From contig OZ059900.1 in assembly GCA_964057225.1 (NCBI GenBank), positions 682,001 through 746,000 on the forward strand: a DNA stretch of 64,000 nt, read 5' to 3'. A model generated the notes under the pieces. The model saw only the letters and a list, made by a program, of their open reading frames with translations. It was not told the origin of the DNA and did not search any database. This document shows, piece after piece, positions 1 through 12,000 of the stretch. Origin of the DNA: Auanema rhodensis (Eukaryota; Animalia; Nematoda). A program made the position numbers and the translations under genes. Within the stretch, counting starts at the first letter, position 1. Each line of letters opens with the position of its first letter.

Positions 1-347
1 TTCATTTTGATCAAAAAAGGTCGAAAATAGAAAGAATTTTTGAAATTTCCGAGTTTTGAGTCTAATTTGGCTAAATCGCTCATATATATGATCAAAAGCA
101 TAGTTTTATTGTCTATGACAACAAAAGTCATCAATTAAACGCTAGTGATGTTTAAATACTGAATTTCGCTCAAATAGCATTACTACACTAAGTATGGTCG
201 TTTTTATGCCTTTAACACCATATACTCACCGATTTTTGGTACAAAATCTGTGATACTCGTAAATTTTGATCATATTCGGTGAGATTCGAGAATCGAACAC
301 ACAATACACGAAATAAGTCTATTTTTACGAGTTTGCACTGATATTTA
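1..347 (+). repeat. Reference 347-bp monomer (type A; phase arbitrary)
   Basis: One full period. Hand count: 54 C + 52 G (30.5% GC), 13 CpG, and three TGATCA sites (8-13, 89-94, 267-272). Confidence 0.97.
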
Positions 348-1986
348 TTCATTTTGATCAAAAAAGGTCGAAAATAGAAAGAATTTTTGAAATTTCCGAG
401 TTTTGAGTCTAATTTGGCTAAATCGCTCATATATATGATCAAAAGCATAGTTTTATTGTCTATGACAACAAAAGTCATCAATTAAACGCTAGTGATGTTT
501 AAATACTGAATTTCGCTCAAATAGCATTACTACACTAAGTATGGTCGTTTTTATGCCTTTAACACCATATACTCACCGATTTTTGGTACAAAATCTGTAA
601 TACTTGTAAATTTTGATCATATTCGTTAAGATTCGAGAATCAAACACATAATACACGAAATAAGTCTATTTTTATGAGTTTGCACTGATATTTATTTATT
701 TTGATCAAAAAAGGTCGAAAATAGAAAGAATTTTTGAATTTTCCGAGTTTTGAGTCCAATTGGGCTAAATCGCTCATATATATGATCAAAAGCATAGTTT
801 TACTGTCTATAACAACAAAAGTCATCAATTAAACGCTAGTGATATTTAAATACTGATTTTCGCTCAAGTAGCATTACTACACTAAGTATGGTCGTTTTTA
901 TGCCTTTAACACCATATACTCACCGATTTTTGGTACAAAATCTGTGATACTCGTAAATTTTGATCATATTCGGTGAGATTCGAGAATCGAACACACAATA
1001 CACGAAATAAGTCTATTTTTACGAGTTTGCACTGATATTTATTCATTTTGATCAAAAAAGGTCGAAAATAGAAAGAATTTTTGAAATTTCCGAGTTTTGA
1101 GTCTAATTTGGCTAAATCGCTCATATATATGATCAAAAGCATAGTTTTATTGTCTATGACAACAAAAGTCATCAATTAAACGCTAGTGATGTTTAAATAC
1201 TGAATTTCGCTCAAATAGCATTACTACACTAAGTATGGTCGTTTTTATGCCTTTAACACCATATACTCACCGATTTTTGGTACAAAATCTGTGATACTCG
1301 TAAATTTTGATCATATTCGGTGAGATTCGAGAATCGAACACACAATACACGAAATAAGTCTATTTTTACGAGTTTGCACTGATATTTATTCATTTTGATC
1401 AAAAAAGGTCGAAAATAGAAAGAATTTTTGAAATTTCCGAGTTTTGAGTCTAATTTGGCTAAATCGCTCATATATATGATCAAAAGCATAGTTTTATTGT
1501 CTATGACAACAAAAGTCATCAATTAAACGCTAGTGATGTTTAAATACTGAATTTCGCTCAAATAGCATTACTACACTAAGTATGGTCGTTTTTATGCCTT
1601 TAACACCATATACTCACCGATTTTTGGTACAAAATCTGTAATACTTGTAAATTTTGATCATATTCGTTAAGATTCGAGAATCAAACACATAATACACGAA
1701 ATAAGTCTATTTTTATGAGTTTGCACTGATATTTATTTATTTTGATCAAAAAAGGTCGAAAATAGAAAGCATTTTTGAATTTTCCGAGTTTTGAGTCCAA
1801 TTGGGCTAAATCGCTCATATATATGATCAAAAGCATAGTTTTACTGTCTATAACAACAAAAGTCATCAATTAAACGCTAGTGATATTTAAATACTGATTT
1901 TCGCTCAAGTAGCATTACTACACTAAGTATGGTCGTTTTTATGCCTTTAACACCATATACTCACCGATTTTTGGTACAAAATCTGT
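1..1986 (+). repeat. Local 3-monomer higher-order duplication (period 1041 bp)
   Basis: The variant monomer with TTTATTTATTTT, GATATTTAAA and CAAGTAG occurs at about 640 and 1681 (offset 1041 = 3x347), each preceded by type-A monomers. Confidence 0.8.
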
Positions 1987-3799
1987 AATACTTGTAAATT
2001 TTGATCATATTTGTTAAGATTCGAGAATCAAACACATAATACACAAAATAAGTCTATTTTTACAAGTTTGCACTGATATTTATTCATTTTGATCAAAAAA
2101 GGTCGAAAATAGAAAGAATTTTTGAAATTTCCGAGTTTTGAGTCCAATTTGGCTAAATCGCTCATATATATGATCAAAAGCATAGTTTTATTGTCTATAA
2201 CAACAAAAGTCATCAATTAAACGCTAGTGATGTTTAAATACTGAATTTCGCTCAAATAGCATTACTACACTAAGTATGGTCGTTTTTATGCCTTTAACAC
2301 CATATACTCACCGATTTTTGGTACAAAATCTGTAATACTCGTAAATTTTGATCATATTCGTTAAGATTTGAAAATCAAACACACAATAAACAAAATCAGT
2401 CTATTTTTATGAGTTTGCACTGATATATATTCATTTTGATCAAAAAAGGTCGAAAATAGAAAGAATTTTTGAAATTTCCGAGTTTTGAGTCTAATTTGGC
2501 TAAATCGCTCATATATATGATCAGAAGCATAGTTTTATTGTCTATGACAACAAAAGTCATCAATTAAACGCTAGTGATGTTTAAATACTGAATTTCGCTC
2601 AAATAGCATTACTACACTAAGTATGGTCGTTTTTATGCCTTTAACACCATATACTCACCGATTTTTGGTACAAAATCTGTAATACTCGTAAATTTTGATC
2701 ATATTCGGTGAGATTCGAGAATCAAACACACAATACACGAAATAAGTTTATTTTGACAAGTTTGCACTGATATTTATTCATTTTGATCAAAAAAGGTCGA
2801 AAATAGAAAGAATTTTTGAATTTTCCGAGTTTTGAGTCCAATTGGGCTAAATCGCTCATATATATGATCAAAAGCATAGTTTTACTGTCTATGATAACAA
2901 AAGTCTTCAAATAGACACTAATAATGATTAAATCACTGAATTTCACTTAAATAGCATTACAACACTAAGTATGGTCGTTTTTATGCCTTTAACACCATAT
3001 ACTCACCGATTTTTGGTACAAAATCTGTGATACTCGTAAATTTTGATCATATTCGGTGAGATTCGAGAATCGAACACACAATACACGAAATAAGTCTATT
3101 TTTACGAGTTTGCACTGATATTTATTCATTTTGATCAAAAAAGGTCGAAAATAGAAAGAATTTTTGAAATTTCCGAGTTTTGAGTCTAATTTGGCTAAAT
3201 CGCTCATATATATGATCAAAAGCATAGTTTTATTGTCTATGACAACAAAAGTCATCAATTAAACGCTAGTGATGTTTAAATACTGAATTTCGCTCAAATA
3301 GCATTACTACACTAAGTATGGTCGTTTTTATGCCTTTAACACCATATACTCACCGATTTTTGGTACAAAATCTGTGATATTCGTAAATTTTGATCATATT
3401 CGGTGAGATTCGAGAATCGAACACACAATACACGAAATAAGTCTATTTTTACGAGTTTGCACTGATATTTATTCATTTTGATCAAAAAAGGTCGAAAATA
3501 GAAAGAATTTTTGAAATTTCCGAGTTTTGAGTCTAATTTGGCTAAATCGCTCATATATATGATCAAAAGCATAGTTTTATTGTCTATGACAACAAAAGTC
3601 ATCAATTAAACGCTAGTGATGTTTAAATACTGAATTTCGCTCAAATAGCATTACTACACTAAGTATGGTCGTTTTTATGCCTTTAACACCATATACTCAC
3701 CGATTTTTGGTACAAAATCTGTGATACTCGTAAATTTTGATCATATTCGGTGAGATTCGAGAATCGAACACACAATACACGAAATAAGTCCATTTTTAC

Positions 3800-6700
3800 G
3801 AGTTTGCACTGATATTTATTCATTTTGATCAAAAAAGGTCGAAAATAGAAAGAATTTTTGAAATTTCCGAGTTTTGAGTCTAATTTGGCTAAATCGCTCA
3901 TATATATGATCAAAAGCATAGTTTTATTGTCTATGACAACAAAAGTCATCAATTAAACGCTAGTGATGTTTAAATACTGAATTTCGCTCAAATAGCATTA
4001 CTACACTAAGTATGGTCGTTTTTATGCCTTTAACACCATATACTCACCGATTTTTGGTACAAAATCTGTAATACTCGTAAATTTTGATCATTTTCGTTAA
4101 GATTCGAAAATCAAACACACAATAAACAAAATCAGTCTATTTTTATGAGTTTGCACTGATATATATTCATTTTGATCAAAAAAGGTCGAAAATAGAAAGA
4201 ATTTTTGAATTTTCCGAGTTTTGAGTCCAATTGGGCTAAATCGCTCATATATATGATCAAAAACATAGTTTTATTGTCTATAACAACAGAAGTCATCAAT
4301 TAAACGCTAGTGATGTTTAAATACTGAATTTCGCTCAAATAGCATTACTACACTAAGTATGGTCGTTTTTATGCCTTTAACACCATATACTCACCGATTT
4401 TTGGTACAAAATCTGTGATACTCGTAAATTTTGATCATATTCGGTGAGATTCGAGAATCGAACACACAATACACGAAATAAGTCTATTTTTACGAGTTTG
4501 CACTGATATTTATTCATTTTGATCAAAAAAGGTCGAAAATAGAAAGAATTTTTGAAATTTCCGAGTTTTGAGTCTAATTTGGCTAAATCGCTCATATATA
4601 TGATCAAAAGCATAGTTTTATTGTCTATGACAACAAAAGTCATCAATTAAACGCTAGTGATGTTTAAATACTGAATTTCACTCAAATAGCATTACTACAC
4701 TAAGTATGGTCGTTTTTATGCCTTTAACACCATATACTCACCGATTTTTGGTACAAAATCTGTAATACTTGTAAATTTTGATCATATTTGTTAAGATTCG
4801 AGAATCAAACACATAATACACAAAATAAGTCTATTTTTACAAGTTTGCACTGATATTTATTCATTTTGATCAAAAAAGGTCGAAAATAGAAAGAATTTTT
4901 GAAATTTCCGAGTTTTGAGTCCAATTTGGCTAAATCGCTCATATATATGATCAAAAACATAGTTTTATTGTCTATAACAACAAAAGTCATCAATTAAACG
5001 CTAGTGATGTTTAAATACTGAATTTCGCTCAAATAGCATTACTACACTAAGTATGGTCGTTTTTATGCCTTTAACACCATATACTCACCGATTTTTGGTA
5101 CAAAATCTGTAATACTCGTAAAGTTTGATCATATTCGGTGAGATTCGAGAATCAAACACACAATACACGAAATAAGTTTATTTTGACGAGTTTGCACTGA
5201 TATTTATTCATTTTGATCAAAAAAGGTCGAAAATAGAAAGAATTTTTGAATTTTCCGAGTTTTGAGTCCAATTGGGCTAAATCGCTCATATATATGATCA
5301 AAAGCATAGTTTTACTGTCTATGATAACAAAAGTCTTCAAATATACACTAATAATGATTAAATCACTGAATTTCACTCAAATAGCATTACTACACTAAGT
5401 ATGGTCGTTTTTATGCCTTTAACACCATATACTCACCGATTTTTGGTACAAAATCTGTGATACTCGTAAATTTTGATCATATTCGGTGAGATTCGAGAAT
5501 CAAACACACAATACACGAAATAAGTCTATTTTTACGAGTTTGCACTGATATTTATTCATTTTGATCAAAAAAGGTCGAAAATAGAAAGAATTTTTGAAAT
5601 TTCCGAGTTTTGAGTCTAATTTGGCTAAATCGCTGATATATATGATCAAAAGCATAGTTTTACTGTCTATGATAACAAAAATCTTCAAATATACACTAAT
5701 AATGTGTAAATCACTGAATTTCACTCAAATAGCTTTACTACACTAAGTATGGTCGTTTTTATGCCTTTAACACCATATACTCACCGATTTTTGCTACAAA
5801 ATCTGTAATACTTGTAAATTTTGATCATATTCGTTAAGATTTGAGAATCAAACACATAATACACGAAATAAGTCTTTTTTTACAAGTTTGCACTGATATT
5901 TATTCATTTTGATCAAAAAAGGTCGAAAATAGAAAGAATTTTTGAAATTTCCGAGTTTTGAGTCCAATTTGGCTAAATCGCTCATATATATGATCAAAAG
6001 CATAGTTCTATTGTCTATAACAACAAAAGTCTTTAATTAAACGCTAGTGATGTTTTAATACTGAATTTCGCTCAAATAGCATTACTACACTAAGTATGGT
6101 CGTTTTTATGCCTTTAACACCATATACTCACCGATTTTTGGTACAAAATCTGTAATACTTGTAAATTTTGATCATATTCGTTAAGATTCGAGAATCAAAC
6201 ACATAATACACGAAATAAGTCTAGTTTTACGAGTTTGCACTGATATTTATTCATTTTGATCAAAAAAGGTCGAAAATAGAAAGAATTTTTGAAATTTCCG
6301 AGTTTTGAGTCTAATTTGGCTAAATCGCTCATATATATGATCAAAAGCATAGTTTTATTGTCTATGACAACAAAAGTCATCAATTAAACGCTAGTGATGT
6401 TTAAATACTGAATTTCGCTCAAATAGCATTACTACACTAAGTATGGTCGTTTTTATGCCTTTAACACCATATACTCACCGATTTTTGGTACAAAATCTGT
6501 AATACTCGTAAATTTTGATCATTTTCGTTAAGATTCGAAAATCAAACACACAATAAACAAAATCAGTCTATTTTTATGAGTTTGCACTGATATATATTCA
6601 TTTTGATCAAAAAAGGTCGAAAATAGAAAGAATTTTTGAATTTTCCGAGTTTTGAGTCCAATTGGGCTAAATCGCTCATATATATGATCAAAAACATAGT

Positions 6701-9030
6701 TTTATTGTCTATAACAACAGAAGTCATCAATTAAACGCTAGTGATGTTTAAATACTGAATTTCGCTCAAATAGCATTACTACACTAAGTATGGTCGTTTT
6801 TATGCCTTTAACACCATATACTCACCGATTTTTGGTACAAAATCTGTGATACTCGTAAATTTTGATCATATTCGGTGAGATTCGAGAATCGAACACACAA
6901 TACACGAAATAAGTCTATTTTTACGAGTTTGCACTGATATTTATTCATTTTGATCAAAAAAGGTCGAAAATAGAAAGAATTTTTGAAATTTCCGAGTTTT
7001 GAGTCTAATTTGGCTAAATCGCTCATATATATGATCAAAAGCATAGTTTTATTGTCTATGACAACAAAAGTCATCAATTAAACGCTAGTGATGTTTAAAT
7101 ACTGAATTTCACTCAAATAGCATTACTACACTAAGTATGGTCGTTTTTATGCCTTTAACACCATATACTCACCGATTTTTGGTACAAAATCTGTAATACT
7201 TGTAAATTTTGATCATATTTGTTAAGATTCGAGAATCAAACACATAATACACAAAATAAGTCTATTTTTACAAGTTTGCACTGATATTTATTCATTTTGA
7301 TCAAAAAAGGTCGAAAATAGAAAGAATTTTTGAAATTTCCGAGTTTTGAGTCCAATTTGGCTAAATCGCTCATATATATGATCAAAAACATAGTTTTATT
7401 GTCTATAACAACAAAAGTCATCAATTAAACGCTAGTGATGTTTAAATACTGAATTTCGCTCAAATAGCATTACTACACTAAGTATGGTCGTTTTTATGCC
7501 TTTAACACCATATACTCACCGATTTTTGGTACAAAATCTGTAATACTCGTAAAGTTTGATCATATTCGGTGAGATTCGAGAATCAAACACACAATACACG
7601 AAATAAGTTTATTTTGACGAGTTTGCACTGATATTTATTCATTTTGATCAAAAAAGGTCGAAAATAGAAAGAATTTTTGAATTTTCCGAGTTTTGAGTCC
7701 AATTGGGCTAAATCGCTCATATATATGATCAAAAGCATAGTTTTACTGTCTATGATAACAAAAGTCTTCAAATATACACTAATAATGATTAAATCACTGA
7801 ATTTCACTCAAATAGCATTACTACACTAAGTATGGTCGTTTTTATGCCTTTAACACCATATACTCACCGATTTTTGGTACAAAATCTGTGATACTCGTAA
7901 ATTTTGATCATATTCGGTGAGATTCGAGAATCAAACACACAATACACGAAATAAGTCTATTTTTACGAGTTTGCACTGATATTTATTCATTTTGATCAAA
8001 AAAGGTCGAAAATAGAAAGAATTTTTGAAATTTCCGAGTTTTGAGTCTAATTTGGCTAAATCGCTCATATATATGATCAAAAGCATAGTTTTACTGTCTA
8101 TGATAACAAAAATCTTCAAATATACACTAATAATGTGTAAATCACTGAATTTCACTCAAATAGCTTTACTACACTAAGTATGGTCGTTTTTATGCCTTTA
8201 ACACCATATACTCACCGATTTTTGGTACAAAATCTGTAATACTCGTAAATTTTGATCATATTCGTTAAGATTCGAGAATCAAACACACAATACACGAAAT
8301 AAGTTTATTTTTACGAGTTTGCACTGATATTTATTCATTTTGATCAAAAAAGGTCGAAAATAGAAAGAATTTTTGAATTTTCCGAGTTTTGAGTCCAATT
8401 GGGCTAAATCGCTCATATATATGATCAAAAGCATAGTTTCACTGTCTATGATAACAAAAGTCTTCAAATATACACTAGTAATGATTAAATCACTGAATTT
8501 CACTCAAATAGCATTACTACACTAAGTATGGTCGTTTTTATGCCTTTAACACCATATACTCACCGATTTTTGCTACAAAATCTGTAATACTTGTAAATTT
8601 TGATCATATTCGTTAAGATTTGAGAATCAAACACATAATACACGAAATAAGTCTTTTTTTACAAGTTTGCACTGATATTTATTCATTTTGATCAAAAAAG
8701 GTCGAAAATAGAAAGAATTTTTGAAATTTCCGAGTTTTGAGTCCAATTTGGCTAAATCGCTCATATATATGATCAAAAGCATAGTTCTATTGTCTATAAC
8801 AACAAAAGTCTTTAATTAAACGCTAGTGATGTTTTAATACTGAATTTCGCTCAAATAGCATTACTACACTAAGTATGGTCGTTTTTATGCCTTTAACACC
8901 ATATACTCACCGATTTTTGGTACAAAATCTGTAATACTTGTAAATTTTGATCATATTCGTTAAGATTCGAGAATCAAACACATAATACACGAAATAAGTC
9001 TATTTTTACGAGTTTGCACTGATATTTATT
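3800..9030 (+). repeat. 7-monomer higher-order duplication (period 2431 bp); second copy carries one extra 348-bp monomer
   Basis: ORF pairs 4377/6808, 4805/7236, 5152/7583 and 5500/7931 are all offset 2431 (5x347+2x348). Rare markers GATCATTTTCG, AACAGAAGTC and AAAGTTTGATC each occur twice at this spacing. TTGCTACAAA (~5791) recurs 2779 bp later (2431+348). Confidence 0.85.
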
Positions 9031-12000
9031 CATTTTCATCAAAAAAGGTCGAAAATAGAAAGAATTTTTGAATTTTCCGAGTTTTGAGTCCAATTGGGCT
9101 AAATCGCTCATATATATGATCAAAAGCATAGTTTCACTGTCTATGATAACAAAAGTCTTCAAATATACACTAGTAATGATTAAATCACTGAATTTCACTC
9201 AAATAGCATTACTACACTAAGTATGGTCGTTTTTATGCCTTTAACACCATATACTCACCGATTTTTGGTACAAAATCTGTAATACTCGTAAAATTTGATC
9301 ATATTTGTTAAGATTTGAGAATCAAACACACAATACACAAAATCAGTCTATTTTTACGAGTTTGCAATGATATTTATTCATTTTGATCAAAAAAGGTCGA
9401 AAATAGAAAGAATTTTTGAATTTTCCGAGTTTTGAGTCCAATTGGGCTAAATCGCTCATATATATGATCAAAAGCATAGTTTTACTGTCTATGATAACAA
9501 AAGTCTTCAAATATACACTAATAATGTGTAAATCACTGAATTTCACTCAAATAGCATTACTACACTAAGTATGGTCGTTTTTATGCCTTTAACACCATAT
9601 ACTCACCGATTTTTGGTACAAAATCTGTAATACTTGTAAATTTTGATCATATTCGGTGAGATTCGAGAATCAAACACACAATACACGGAATTAGTTTATT
9701 TTTACGAGTTTGCACTGATATTTATTCATTTTGATCAAAAAAGGTCGAAAATAGAAAGAATTTTTGAAATTTCCGAGTTTTGAGTCTAATTTGGCTAAAT
9801 CGCTCATATATATGATCAAAAGCATAGTTTTACTGTCTATGATAACAAAAGTCTTCAAATATTCACTAATAATGTGTAAATCACTGAATTTCACTCAAAT
9901 AGCATTACTACACTAAGTATGGTCGTTTTTATGCCTTTAACACCATATACTCACCGATTTTTGTTACAAAATCTGTAATACTCGTAAATTTTGATCATAT
10001 TCGTTAAGATTTGAGAATCAAACATACAATACACAAAATCAGTCTATTTTTATGAGCTTGCACTGATATATATATTCATTTTGATCAAAAAAGGTCGAAA
10101 ATAGAAAGAATTTTTGAAATTTCCGAGTTTTGAGTCTAATTTGGCTAAATCGCTCATATATATGATCAAAAGCATAGTTTTACTGTCTATGATAACAAAA
10201 GTCTTCAAATATTCACTAATAATGTGTAAATCACTGAATTTCACTCAAATAGCATTACTACACTAAGTATGGTCGTTTTTATGCCTTTAACACCATATAC
10301 TCACCGATTTTTGTTACAAAATCTGTAATACTCGTAAATTTTGATCATATTCGTTAAGATTTGAGAATCAAACACATAATACACGAAATAAGTCTATTTT
10401 TATGAGTTTGCACTGATATTTATTCATTTTGATCAAAAAAGGTCGAAAATAGAAAGAATTTTTGAATTTTCCGAGTTTTGAGTCCAATTGGGCTAAATCG
10501 CTCAGATATATGATCAAAAGCATAGTTTTACTGTCTATGATAACAAAAGTCTTTAATTAAACGCTAGTGATGTTTAAATACTGAATTTCGCTCAAATAGC
10601 ATTACTACACTAAGTATGGTCGTTTTTATGCCTTTAACACCATATACTCACCGATTTTTGGTACAAAATCTGTAATACTTGTAAATTTTGATCATATTTG
10701 TTAAGATTCGAGAATCAAACACATAATACACGAAATAAGTCTATTTTTATGAGTTTGCACTGATATATATTTATTTTGATCAAAAAAGGTCGAAAATAGA
10801 AGAATTTTTGAATTTTCCGAGTTTTGAGTCCAATTGGGCTAAATCGCTCATATATATGATCAAAAGCATAGTTTTACTGTCTATGATAACAAAAGTCTTC
10901 AAATATACACTAATAATGTGTAAATCACTGAATTTCACTCAAATGCATTACTACACTAAGTATGGTCGTTTTTATGCCTCTAACACCATATACTCACCGA
11001 TTTTTGGTACAAAATCTGTAATACTTGTAAATTTTGATCATATTCGTTAAGATTCGAGAATCAAACATATAATACACGAAATAAGTCTATTTTTATGAGT
11101 TTGCACTGATATTTATTTATTTTGATCAAAAAAGGTCGAAAATAGAAAGAATTTTTGAATTTTCCGAGTTTTGAGTCCAATTGGGCTAAATCGCTCAGAT
11201 ATATGATCAAAAGCATAGTTTTACTGTCTATGATAACAAAAGTCTTCAAATATACACTAATAATGATTAAATCACTGAATTTCACTCAAATAGCATTACT
11301 ACACTAAGTATGGTCGTTTTTATGCCTTTAACACCATATACTCACCGATTTTTGGTACAAAATCTGTAATACTTGTAAATTTTGATCATATTCGTTAAGA
11401 TTTGAGAATCAAACATACAATACACAAAATCAGTCTATTTTTACAAGTTTGCACTGATATTTATTCATTTTGATCAAAAAAGGTCGAAAATAGAAAGAAT
11501 TTTTGAAATTTCCGAGTTTTGAGTCTAATTTGGCTAAATCGCTCATATATATGATCAGAAGCATAGTTTTATTGTCTATGACAACAAAAGTCATCAATTA
11601 AACGCTAGTGATGTTTAAATACTGATTTTCGCTCAAATAGCATTACTACACTAAGTATGGTCGTTTTTATGCCTTTAACACCATATACTCACCGATTTTT
11701 GGTACAAAATCTGTAATACTCGTAAATTTTGATCATATTCGTTAAGATTTGAGAATCAAACATACAATACACAAAATCAGTCTATTTTTATGAGCTTGCA
11801 CTGATATATATTCATTTTGATCAAAAAAGGTCAAAAATAGAAAGAATTTTTGAATTTTCCGAGTTTTGAGTCTAATTTGGCTAAATCGCTCATATATATG
11901 ATCAAAAACATAGTTTTATTGTCTATAACAACAAAAGTCTTCAAATATACACTAATAATGTTTAAATCACTGAATTTCACTCAAATAGCATTACTACACT

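Noticed and set aside
1-347. Assignment to a named ~340-360 bp satellite (e.g. Drosophila 1.688/359-bp, beetle or cucurbit satellites)
   Set aside because: The similarity is in length and AT content only. I cannot confirm sequence homology without a search.
621-638. CENP-B box-like motif ATTCGTTAAGATTCGAGA
   Set aside because: It resembles TTCG-N4-A-N2-CGGG only with one extra base and without the CGGG. The essential spacing is not met, and both CpGs are polymorphic.
2989-4030. Run of near-identical type-A monomers as an assembly collapse or expansion artefact
   Set aside because: Neighbouring copies carry private substitutions (GATATTCG near 3380, GTCCATTT near 3791), and the array shows ordered variant structure. 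That fits real sequence better, although read support cannot be checked here.
10808-11050. The only plus-strand ORF (80 aa)
   Set aside because: It exists only because a private 1-bp deletion near 10944 joins two frames, and it starts at TTG. It is a chance product or a sequencing error.
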